From a virus (lineage: Duplodnaviria > Caudoviricetes): a stretch of 64,000 bases of DNA. The notes beneath the pieces are model-generated. The model saw nothing but the letters and a program-made list of their open reading frames with translations. It was not told where the DNA came from and searched no databases. Every line of letters begins with the position of its first letter. Position 1 is the stretch's first letter. The stretch spans positions 32,001-96,000 of the IMG/VR virus record IMGVR_UViG_3300029288_002061; one strand, given 5' to 3'. Below, piece by piece: positions 30,467 through 38,448 of the stretch. The position numbers and the translations under genes were made by a program.

Positions 30467-30808
30467 TTAGACAGCCGTACCAGTAGCATCGACCCAACCA
30501 GCGGTAGCTCTCCAAATTGGCTTGCTCAGGGTTGTATCAAAGTAGCGATACCCAACGTTTGCTTTGGTATAAGTTGGCCGCTGTGCTGTAGTTCCGACAT
30601 GGGCATCCATGACACTCATCACAAACGCGCCAGTTCCGGTATCAATAGTGTTGGCAAGAACCTGTTTTGCTGTGATTTCGTCATCAGCATCGTCAAAACC
30701 ATCCTGAATACGTTGTTCCAGATTGTCAAAAGTGTTTGACAAAGAGTTCTTTGTCTGTGAGTCCTGAATAGCTGTTTCTTATGCTACAAACCAATTCTGA
30801 TTAGCCAT
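30467..30808 (-). pseudogene. Fibre-like protein (MAQTWF paralog 2) interrupted by in-frame TAA
   Basis: AAGGAG RBS, then MANQNWFVA*ETAIQDSQTKNSLSNTFDNLE...; C-terminus GTTAQRP...YFDTTLxKPIW...WVDATG. Confidence 0.7.
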
Positions 30809-30846
30809 AGTATGCTCCTTGATTATCCATTGTTATTACCGCTACT

Positions 30847-32202
30847 CTATGCAATAGGGCCAACTGCCGCAGCAATACGATCAAGGGCAGTTTTGACATC
30901 CACCGGTGCTGTACCACTCCAATCGGCGACAACAGCAGGGGAATAGCTGATATTATCCGACCCACGGAAAGTTATCGCAGTACCTGATAAGGCACCAGCA
31001 GAAATGAATTGAACACCCTCTACAGACGTAGGTTTGGCACCACAAACCACATTGCCAACAGATATTACGCCTAGGAGCATGTTTGGATCGGTAGCAACGG
31101 CACCGTTAGCGGACACGTCAGCAGCATTGCCGCCGAGTGTGTTGATAAGCTGCACCGCTATCCCGATAACAGTACCGCCGGTAGACAAAATAGTCCCGGT
31201 AGGAGCAGCAGAGCTTACTATCATGGTATTCAGCACAAGACGCCCGCCAGTCTGAACGATGGCATTAGCCGTGCCGGTGGATGCAATTGTCCCAAGGAAC
31301 ATTTGCAGCTTGCCGGTGCTTGTCATTGTAATCGCTTGTACATCCGAAGCAGCGGGGATAACATGGGTATTCCAAGACTGCACGACAGCATCACCACCAA
31401 CGGCAAGCCTCGACGCTATATAGCAGTCTGACATGGAGCATGACGCATTGATAGTCAACGCCTTGGTATTACCGGAGAACACGATAAACCGGAGACTAAC
31501 CGGATTTCCTACAGAAACCGTGACATCCCCTGTAATGGAGACAGCTGAGTTTCCTGAACCGTGCAAGGACACGCCTGAAGGAAGAACGATATCTTCAGTA
31601 TAGGCACCGCTTGCAATATTGATGAGCGTTCCGATAGTAGCAACAGCTACGGCGGCATTGATTGTGGTGAATGGACGAAGGATAGTTCCATCAGCCGTAT
31701 AGGTATCAACACGATTTGCATCTACCCAAAGAACCTTTGTGGCTGGCGGAACGATAACATCGGTCACTTTTATAGTAGATGTCAGGGCTTTCCGGCTTGC
31801 ATCCCCGGCGAGGAGATAGTCAACCGTAAAATCTGCGTCTGCTGTCACAACAGGTGTAGGTATGGGAAGTTGTGACGACAGCCAAGTAGCACCAGCCCAG
31901 AATATCTCATCACCGGCACTGAATGTCTGCCCAGTGACAACATCTTCGGCTTCCGCCGTAACCGAATACAGAAAGCCTACCGCAAGAGTACCGGCAGCGT
32001 GGATAGCCACAAAATCAGCGTCCCCGGTCACTGTTCCCTTATAGGTAAGAACACCAACCGCAGCCGCGTCCATAGCATCTGAAGTATCATCGAACGCCGA
32101 CTCAATCTTGGTTTCAAGGGCATCGAAAGTAGCCACCATTGAGCTTTTACCTTGTGTATCCGCAATTACTGTGGGTGTCTTAGCAAACCATGTCTGTGCC
32201 AT
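30847..32202 (-). CDS. Tailspike-like parallel beta-helix protein (MAQTWF paralog 3)
   Basis: LWVD...DGT..RPFTTINAAV...IASGAYTE beta-helix cap followed by beta-rich repeats. Confidence 0.7.
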   Translation of the reverse strand: MAQTWFAKTPTVIADTQGKSSMVATFDALETKIESAFDDTSDAMDAAAVGVLTYKGTVTGDADFVAIHAAGTLAVGFLYSVTAEAEDVVTGQTFSAGDEIFWAGATWLSSQLPIPTPVVTADADFTVDYLLAGDASRKALTSTIKVTDVIVPPATKVLWVDANRVDTYTADGTILRPFTTINAAVAVATIGTLINIASGAYTEDIVLPSGVSLHGSGNSAVSITGDVTVSVGNPVSLRFIVFSGNTKALTINASCSMSDCYIASRLAVGGDAVVQSWNTHVIPAASDVQAITMTSTGKLQMFLGTIASTGTANAIVQTGGRLVLNTMIVSSAAPTGTILSTGGTVIGIAVQLINTLGGNAADVSANGAVATDPNMLLGVISVGNVVCGAKPTSVEGVQFISAGALSGTAITFRGSDNISYSPAVVADWSGTAPVDVKTALDRIAAAVGPIA

Positions 32203-32215
32203 TTTCTTCCTCCTA

Positions 32216-32231
32216 CTGCATACGTCTGCAA
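32216..32231. repeat. Palindrome copy 7 (between stop and RBS)
   Basis: ctgcatacgtctgcaa. Confidence 0.95.
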
Positions 32232-32233
32232 TT

Positions 32234-33064
32234 TTAGTCCTGAGTTACCCGTCCTACCGGCTGCCACTGTTGAAGACCTCTTAGGTAATTCAACCGTCTT
32301 AGCACTCCTGACTCTTCACGGCAACGGAATCCTGCTTCATCAAGAGCTTTTCTCAGCCGTTCTACTTGGATTGAGTTCAAAAGATCCTTTACATCCTTGG
32401 AAAGCGGCTTTCCTATGAGACCTTTCAGCGGGAGGCTTGAGATGAATCTACAATCGTTCCGCTTCGGGAATGAATACCCATTATCAATAGCGTAAACCCT
32501 TCCCTTATCATCCATTAGCCAATTTTTGGCGTGCCGGTCTACGTTACCTATAAGTATATCGAAAGCTACAAGCCGGTGCAACCACGGGTTGTATGCGGAT
32601 TTTGTATAGTCGTATCCAAGGTTATGCCGCCAATAGCTACCAGACTGTGCCTGTGTCCATGCCTGAAGGGATCCTGAGCCGTGTCCGGGTATCTCCCGCC
32701 ATACCACCGGAGGGACAAGTCCGAAATTACAGCAAAGGTCGATATTGTACGCCAAGAGTTCCCGTCGGGCCGTCGGGATAGCCAAATCCATAGCTTCCCT
32801 GAAGTATTTCCCCTCTTTGTCATTGGCCTTCTGTGATTTGAAGACACACCGGCTGGAATGCACAGGCGGGAAGTCCATATCCGTATTAAGCCTTACCTGA
32901 TATGGTGAACGGTCTTTTTCATTGTATTTCATGATCTGGGTAATAGGTGACAGCCGCATGGCAAGCTGGAAGCGGCCATGATCGTTTAAGGACAACAGGG
33001 GGGTAGCTTTTACACTACACCCCCTATTGAGTTCATTCCCTGTACTTAATTCTTGGTTAGTCAT
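32234..33064 (-). CDS. PI3/PI4-kinase-like (HipA/CtkA-like) kinase
   Basis: VFK, RExxAY, VPP, GSLQ, FDxLIGNVDRHxxN and AIDNGYSF catalytic motifs. Confidence 0.85.
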   Translation of the reverse strand: MTNQELSTGNELNRGCSVKATPLLSLNDHGRFQLAMRLSPITQIMKYNEKDRSPYQVRLNTDMDFPPVHSSRCVFKSQKANDKEGKYFREAMDLAIPTARRELLAYNIDLCCNFGLVPPVVWREIPGHGSGSLQAWTQAQSGSYWRHNLGYDYTKSAYNPWLHRLVAFDILIGNVDRHAKNWLMDDKGRVYAIDNGYSFPKRNDCRFISSLPLKGLIGKPLSKDVKDLLNSIQVERLRKALDEAGFRCREESGVLRRLNYLRGLQQWQPVGRVTQD

Positions 33065-33512
33065 CCGTCTTTTCTTCTTCAGTCATGCCAAGATCAACGT
33101 CAAACGTGTGCGTATGGCCGTCGGCTTTTGTGAGAAGTCCCAGTTCCTTGACATCGTGGGTATGGCCGAACACTTCCTCTACCCAAGAATCACCTATTGC
33201 TTCATCATCTAGAATAACTACCCGCACTCTGTGAGCGTGAGCATCTTTTCCGTCCTGTGACGAGATAGACGAGAAAAGACGGGAATTCTGGGGCTGATCT
33301 AGCTTATAGTTCTTGTTATCAGCCCCGGCAGCATCCGTGCCGTAATCGGGATGAATCTGATCAATAGCTTCAGGGCCGCGTGCAAAATAGGCTAAACGGT
33401 CATAAACAGATACCAATTTCCACATATTATGCCCAAGGTCATTAAACGCTTTTTCCTGATCGTCAGGACTCATATCCCTCAGATTAACCACTTTGTAATC
33501 AAAATAGCCCAT
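33057..33512 (-). CDS. DUF4177-like protein with HxH repeats
   Basis: YKVV...NxLGxxxWxLVSV, then HAH, HTH, HTH. Confidence 0.55.
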   Translation of the reverse strand: MGYFDYKVVNLRDMSPDDQEKAFNDLGHNMWKLVSVYDRLAYFARGPEAIDQIHPDYGTDAAGADNKNYKLDQPQNSRLFSSISSQDGKDAHAHRVRVVILDDEAIGDSWVEEVFGHTHDVKELGLLTKADGHTHTFDVDLGMTEEEKTDD

Positions 33513-33531
33513 TGTAACCTCCTAGCGGCTG

Positions 33532-33897
33532 TTACTTGGTAGCCTTTTGACTCCACGCACCAACCTGATTCGGGCTGAGACCGACCTGACCACCGGTACG
33601 GGCAACCTGATTCGACTCGGCAGGGCCATAGCTGACCTGACCGCGAGCCATCTGGACAGCCGTGCTTTCCATGTTCTCATTGCCTTCACGGGCGAACGCA
33701 CCTTCGTCCTTACCGTTGGCATCGGGAACACCCTGAGCAGCCGCGCCGGGGATGTTCGAGGAAACCCGACCTTCGCCCTTGGCTTCAACCATAGAACCCG
33801 GAAGAGCTTTGGAAAGGGTCATGTTACCGCTACGGGCGACTCCACCCTTGGAGACCGTCGAACCCTTGCCGCTACGCGCAATACTAGCTTTACCCAT
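33532..33897 (-). CDS. Low-complexity probable internal head protein
   Basis: GGAGG RBS at ATG 33897; G/S/A-rich. Confidence 0.6.
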   Translation of the reverse strand: MGKASIARSGKGSTVSKGGVARSGNMTLSKALPGSMVEAKGEGRVSSNIPGAAAQGVPDANGKDEGAFAREGNENMESTAVQMARGQVSYGPAESNQVARTGGQVGLSPNQVGAWSQKATK

Positions 33898-33910
33898 GTT
33901 TGTTACCTCC

Positions 33911-34480
33911 TTAAATGATTCCATAGGATACATGATCTGTTTCGCCGGACGGCTGCGCCATATCCGGATACCTCATAATGATTGTGCTGTCTTTCAAAAT
34001 GTATGGCAGCTTATTGCCATCCTTCATCACCACGTCTTCCGGGCCTTTACCGTCAAGCTCTACCGCTTCAAGACGATCTTCAAGTTCTTCCCTATCTCCC
34101 GATTTTACCAGACACTTACGAAAATAGGTCTTGGTTACTTTGCCCTTCGGGAACAGGTCGATCTTGGCACCTTTGACACCCATTGGCTTCCAGTTCAATA
34201 GCTGGACTGAATCACCGATCTTGATCTTATCCGGGCCAACACCGGCGGGAGCTTCCCTGCCAGCTTTTCGGATAAGGATACCGCCGGTGGACTTGCTTAT
34301 GATCTGTGCATTTTGGAGCACTGCTTCAGCAAGGCATTGGTGGGCGGTATCATCAAGCTGGATATTAAAATACCCATTATCAGTCAGCATACGCCTAATG
34401 GCATCAACGCCCGCTTTGCGGACTTCAGACTCCGTAAAAGCGGACTTATTCAGGACTGAAATCGGGTCAAAGTTAAGCAT
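33911..34480 (-). CDS. Hypothetical (probable head-associated) protein
   Basis: ORF with several hydrophobic-x-K-[SA] motifs. Confidence 0.6.
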   Translation of the reverse strand: MLNFDPISVLNKSAFTESEVRKAGVDAIRRMLTDNGYFNIQLDDTAHQCLAEAVLQNAQIISKSTGGILIRKAGREAPAGVGPDKIKIGDSVQLLNWKPMGVKGAKIDLFPKGKVTKTYFRKCLVKSGDREELEDRLEAVELDGKGPEDVVMKDGNKLPYILKDSTIIMRYPDMAQPSGETDHVSYGII

Positions 34481-34482
34481 AA

Positions 34483-35067
34483 TTAGGCCGGGAAAAAGGC
34501 GTTTACCAGATCGACAAGAGATTTCTCTGTGGTCGTTTCGCTGGTAGTGGTCGATTCTTCCGTAGTCGTTTCATCACCCTGAGCCGGAGCAAGGCTCCCG
34601 CCGGACGTGAAATCAGCCGCGCCCATAGCATCCTTTTCAAGACCAATGACGCCAAGGATACCCTTGGAGACATAAATCACCCGCTCGGAACCCGGAACGC
34701 AGTCGATACCCTTAAAGCAGTAGAACGCATCCGACTCTTCACAAGTGCTGGTCTGGATATTCTTTGCAATGAGCCACTGACTGCATACGTCTGCACTCTT
34801 GAAGATGCTCTTGGCAAACCAGACCTGTTGAAGGTGGACTTCCCGCGATTTGGCAATCGTACCGGACGTTTCGAGGCACTGACCGGTATACTGGGAATCG
34901 TGGAATTCCTTGGCCTTGACCGCATTCAACTTATTGCCGCAATAGCAGCATTCCCGGCGTTCGCCTTGTGAACGGGGGAACCACTTCATCATCGTCTCAC
35001 CGCAACACGGGGAGAATTCCTTGGAAACCGTGATCCCAAGGCGACCATCAAGCACTGAATCGTTCAT
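34483..35067 (-). CDS. Hypothetical protein with Cys cluster
   Basis: GGAGG RBS; PCCG...CCYCG. Confidence 0.6.
   Translation of the reverse strand: MNDSVLDGRLGITVSKEFSPCCGETMMKWFPRSQGERRECCYCGNKLNAVKAKEFHDSQYTGQCLETSGTIAKSREVHLQQVWFAKSIFKSADVCSQWLIAKNIQTSTCEESDAFYCFKGIDCVPGSERVIYVSKGILGVIGLEKDAMGAADFTSGGSLAPAQGDETTTEESTTTSETTTEKSLVDLVNAFFPA
34781..34796. repeat. Palindrome copy 8 (intragenic)
   Basis: ctgcatacgtctgcac. Confidence 0.95.
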
Positions 35068-35153
35068 TGTGTATCCTCCTGTTTACTTCCCTAACATTAG
35101 GAAAATAGGTAAGTTCATAAGCTTATTGTACTAACGGGTTTCCGACAAAACAA

Positions 35154-36995
35154 CTACGGCATAAGTCCATTTATCCCAAAATTCTTAGGAATTGCAATTC
35201 TTGAAGTTATGTCCTTGGGTATCAGGGCAGCGATATTGACCTTTTTGGCATTCAACATGGCCTGTTTTTCCTCTTGGGATCTCAAATCCTCTAGGGTTAT
35301 GCGGTGTGCATCTTCCCCGAAAAGATTCTCAAACTTCCAGTCAAGGCAGGCACACATAAGGGAGTCCGGGCCGTGGTCATCTATCTTGAGTGCTTTACCG
35401 GCGTCGTCTGACCGATATTTCTTCAACTGTCCAATAAGAACACCCAGATTGCGGTTGATTTTCATCCGCCGGAAGATCATATATTTGGATATGTTGGAGA
35501 TACCGATATTCTTGTAAGTACCGAAATCTACAGGATTTACCTCAAACCCCGCTTTCCTGAGATCGGCATTGTTAAACGGGTGGGAGCGGTCACAATAGAT
35601 CTTCAGTGGCTTCCGGTATTTCTCTGTCCACTCATTCAAGAGGATAACCACGTCCGATACAAGCTTATGATCCCAGAATACCGCCTCATGGACGAAAAGA
35701 TGTTCTAACCGCCTTTCCACCAAGGTAATAGCAAGGGAGTTCTTGGATTGGATACCCCAGTCGATACCGACATGGAGTTCCCCGTCTTCTGACATCGGTA
35801 CCAAATCAGCTAGAGCCTTGTCAACGACTTCCGGGCCGTAGATAGAATTACTGTAGTTTGGCCTTTCACACGAAAACTCGGTCGAGAATACGTTTGTTCC
35901 TATGTTCATTCGCATTGCAGCTACGATCTTGTCATATGACTCCCAGCCTTGAGAAGTCCTAGCCTGACCGTGACACCACGCCCACCCGATTTGAACCTTT
36001 CTGCCACGGTCATCCGTCGTGAATTCTGGGATTGTCAAATCACATTTCTCACAATAACACAATGCCTTTGGATCATCGGCGGTGGCCTCTTCAAGACCGC
36101 GCTTACAGGGAAGCATGGTATCGAATACGTTCCACTTAACCCGCGTGAATCCTTTTTCTTCCGCCATGTCCCAGTATTCCTGAAACAGGCCCGACGGGAG
36201 GTGGAATGTCGAGAATAGCAGGATAATGGAATCTTCTTCGGAGAGAACCGTTTGGAGTGCGGCGCGGAAAGCGAGTTCTACGCGGGCGTCTTCCTGACAC
36301 ACTTCATCGATAGCCAGAGTAGACATATGCTTACCACGGACTTGCTTTTCTGTTCCGGGCTTTACAAGGAGTTTCACCCCGTTTTTCAGTCTGGTTTCTT
36401 CTTTCAGAGGTTCGTCAGTCAGGATACCCTCGGCAAGTCCGGGGATACATTCCCAGAATTGGCAGACGTAGTTATACACGACTTTTGACTGTTCGCCGGA
36501 ACCTGAAATGTCCAGAACAGACCGCTTATGGTAGATCATAAGAAGCCAAATAAGGACGGACGCGCCAAGAGACCCACCGCCACCACGGGGCTTCCAGACA
36601 ATCACCTTCTTTGAGCGGAGAAAGAACACGTCGCAGATAAACGGCTTGATCTTGTCAATCACCCGGAAATATCTTCGTTTTCCGTCCTTGGTTACGTAGA
36701 TATTCGCCTCTAGGAACGACATTAAATCATTGTCCTGCCTTGTCTTGTACTCAAGGTCAGTCTCTTCTTGTTCTAATGGTTCCCGCGTCCAGCCATCGGG
36801 GAAATCCTCTCCGGGTGCAGACGTATGCAGTCCTTTTATGTCATAAGTAGGTAATCCGGGCTTGAACCCCTTTGGGTATAGCAAATCAGGCATCCCGTAA
36901 GTTCCGGGATGCCCGACAGCTTCCTTCTCTCGTATTGCCTTGTCTATAAGCACCAAATCTCTTAAGAGTTCTTCTTCGGTCTTTTCAGCCGACAT
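35154..36995 (-). CDS. terL: Terminase large subunit
   Basis: Walker B LAIDE, motif III FST, RNase H-like nuclease VGIDWG, YCD and DDHGPDS; Walker A atypical (PRGGGGS). Confidence 0.88.
   Translation of the reverse strand: MSAEKTEEELLRDLVLIDKAIREKEAVGHPGTYGMPDLLYPKGFKPGLPTYDIKGLHTSAPGEDFPDGWTREPLEQEETDLEYKTRQDNDLMSFLEANIYVTKDGKRRYFRVIDKIKPFICDVFFLRSKKVIVWKPRGGGGSLGASVLIWLLMIYHKRSVLDISGSGEQSKVVYNYVCQFWECIPGLAEGILTDEPLKEETRLKNGVKLLVKPGTEKQVRGKHMSTLAIDEVCQEDARVELAFRAALQTVLSEEDSIILLFSTFHLPSGLFQEYWDMAEEKGFTRVKWNVFDTMLPCKRGLEEATADDPKALCYCEKCDLTIPEFTTDDRGRKVQIGWAWCHGQARTSQGWESYDKIVAAMRMNIGTNVFSTEFSCERPNYSNSIYGPEVVDKALADLVPMSEDGELHVGIDWGIQSKNSLAITLVERRLEHLFVHEAVFWDHKLVSDVVILLNEWTEKYRKPLKIYCDRSHPFNNADLRKAGFEVNPVDFGTYKNIGISNISKYMIFRRMKINRNLGVLIGQLKKYRSDDAGKALKIDDHGPDSLMCACLDWKFENLFGEDAHRITLEDLRSQEEKQAMLNAKKVNIAALIPKDITSRIAIPKNFGINGLMP
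36815..36830. repeat. Palindrome copy 9 (in terL)
   Basis: gtgcagacgtatgcag. Confidence 0.95.
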
Positions 36996-37015
36996 CGCAC
37001 ATTTCCTTACCGTGT

Positions 37016-37732
37016 CTAGTATTCGCCTTGCGGGAGTGAAGAAACCTCTCCGGTATCTTTATAACGGAGGTTTCCTTGGAGCCTGCCTTCGTTTGATGCC
37101 GCCGACATCGTGTTTTTGCAGTTCTCACAGAGTCCGGGTTTATCAACCTCGGCACCGCATTCTGGACAGGTTGGCTTATCGAGAGCTGTACTCGATCCGG
37201 GGGCTTGTACCTGTGTAATCTGCCCGTTATCCCCGTGATCCCACCACGTCCCGTCGGCGTGCTGCCAAGCCTTATAGATACCGCGCTCTGTTACCTTGGA
37301 GAAAAGGTCTTTCGTTACCGTTTCGTCGTCCGTAACAGATTCCGCCGCTACTGTAAGAGCGGAGATAGCCGTCTTCAGTGCGCCGACACAGCCATCAAGG
37401 ACGCCATAGATATCCTTTTCATTAGCCGTGTTGATCCAATCCGACGCGGAATCTACCCTATCCATGACAGTATTGGATTGATCTGCCGACTTCTCAAGCT
37501 TCACGCCGGTAGCCAACTCAAGAGCCTTGATGACCTCATTGAGATACCAACAGCTCTTACGGATGGATGAAATAGCTCCGTGGGGATCTTTCCTGCTTTT
37601 CATGACAATCGACTTATTCAGGTGTTCCATAGCCGACTTGCCGAGTTCGCGGATGTCGTCTTTCTTAACTACCTGCTTACTCAACGACTTACCGAAAATC
37701 CCGACGACTGACTTACTATCTTTTGTGAACAT
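37016..37732 (-). CDS. Probable internal head protein with W-rich module and Zn ribbon
   Basis: Many xxK[SA] motifs; WQHADGTWW; CPEC...CENC. Confidence 0.6.
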   Translation of the reverse strand: MFTKDSKSVVGIFGKSLSKQVVKKDDIRELGKSAMEHLNKSIVMKSRKDPHGAISSIRKSCWYLNEVIKALELATGVKLEKSADQSNTVMDRVDSASDWINTANEKDIYGVLDGCVGALKTAISALTVAAESVTDDETVTKDLFSKVTERGIYKAWQHADGTWWDHGDNGQITQVQAPGSSTALDKPTCPECGAEVDKPGLCENCKNTMSAASNEGRLQGNLRYKDTGEVSSLPQGEY

Positions 37733-37733
37733 A

Positions 37734-38129
37734 CTAGCCTCCAAAGAGTTTATTCATCTTGGCCGCAATAGCTTCTCCGGTAGATACCTTTTCTTCCGAG
37801 AGATACTGGTTTCCTTCGTCTTCATAGTCTTCCGCCCGCATTTTCCTGACTTCCCCGTTTTGGACTGCGGCTTCCCGCTTATCCATAAGGTCGGAAAGCA
37901 TATCACCGTACAGCCCAGAAAGGGCGTCGGACTGCTTTCTGACGCGGGTGGACACTCTGGCAACGGTGTTGGGGCTTTCCTTGTCTTCAACGGCGTCCGC
38001 AAAAGCTTTGGCAATAGCTCCAACAATATCTTCCGCGTCCGGATCAAGGGTCTTGGCGTGTGTAATGTCTTTCAAGAATACCTTCAATTCTACAATATCC
38101 CCACAGTGGGGGCATTTAAATTTTGCCAC
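37734..38129 (-). CDS. Hypothetical Zn-ribbon protein
   Basis: GTG start after AAGGAAG; CPHC. Confidence 0.55.
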   Translation of the reverse strand: MAKFKCPHCGDIVELKVFLKDITHAKTLDPDAEDIVGAIAKAFADAVEDKESPNTVARVSTRVRKQSDALSGLYGDMLSDLMDKREAAVQNGEVRKMRAEDYEDEGNQYLSEEKVSTGEAIAAKMNKLFGG

Positions 38130-38448
38130 GGCGTACTTCCTTTGTAAATCTATCCAACGAATCCAACGCCTTTGATAACTCACTCGGCGTAGGTATTGTA
38201 CCACGAGGCTGTTCAAATTCAGGCTCGTTATCCAACAACATATCCGACGGAGGTTCCGGTGCTTTTGGCATCCGTGGAACCTTTGGCGTAGCCGCTTTTG
38301 CCGGTGCCGGTGCAGGAGCGAAGTTGAACTGTGTCGCGTCCCTTACCGGATCCCGGCGAGGCTCATTCCCGCCGCCACCCCCGGAGAAGTTTTGGCGGGA
38401 TTTCTTCTTGATATCACCTCTTACTGATAGCGGAACCATTCCGTCCAT
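38116..38448 (-). CDS. Pro-rich hypothetical protein
   Basis: Coupled (TAATG) to the 929-aa gene. Confidence 0.55.
   Translation of the reverse strand: MDGMVPLSVRGDIKKKSRQNFSGGGGGNEPRRDPVRDATQFNFAPAPAPAKAATPKVPRMPKAPEPPSDMLLDNEPEFEQPRGTIPTPSELSKALDSLDRFTKEVRRGKI

Noticed and set aside
28292-30808. Genome-wide stop-codon reassignment
   Set aside because: TAA, TAG and TGA all end genes with tight coupling to the next start, and long genes are uninterrupted in the standard code.
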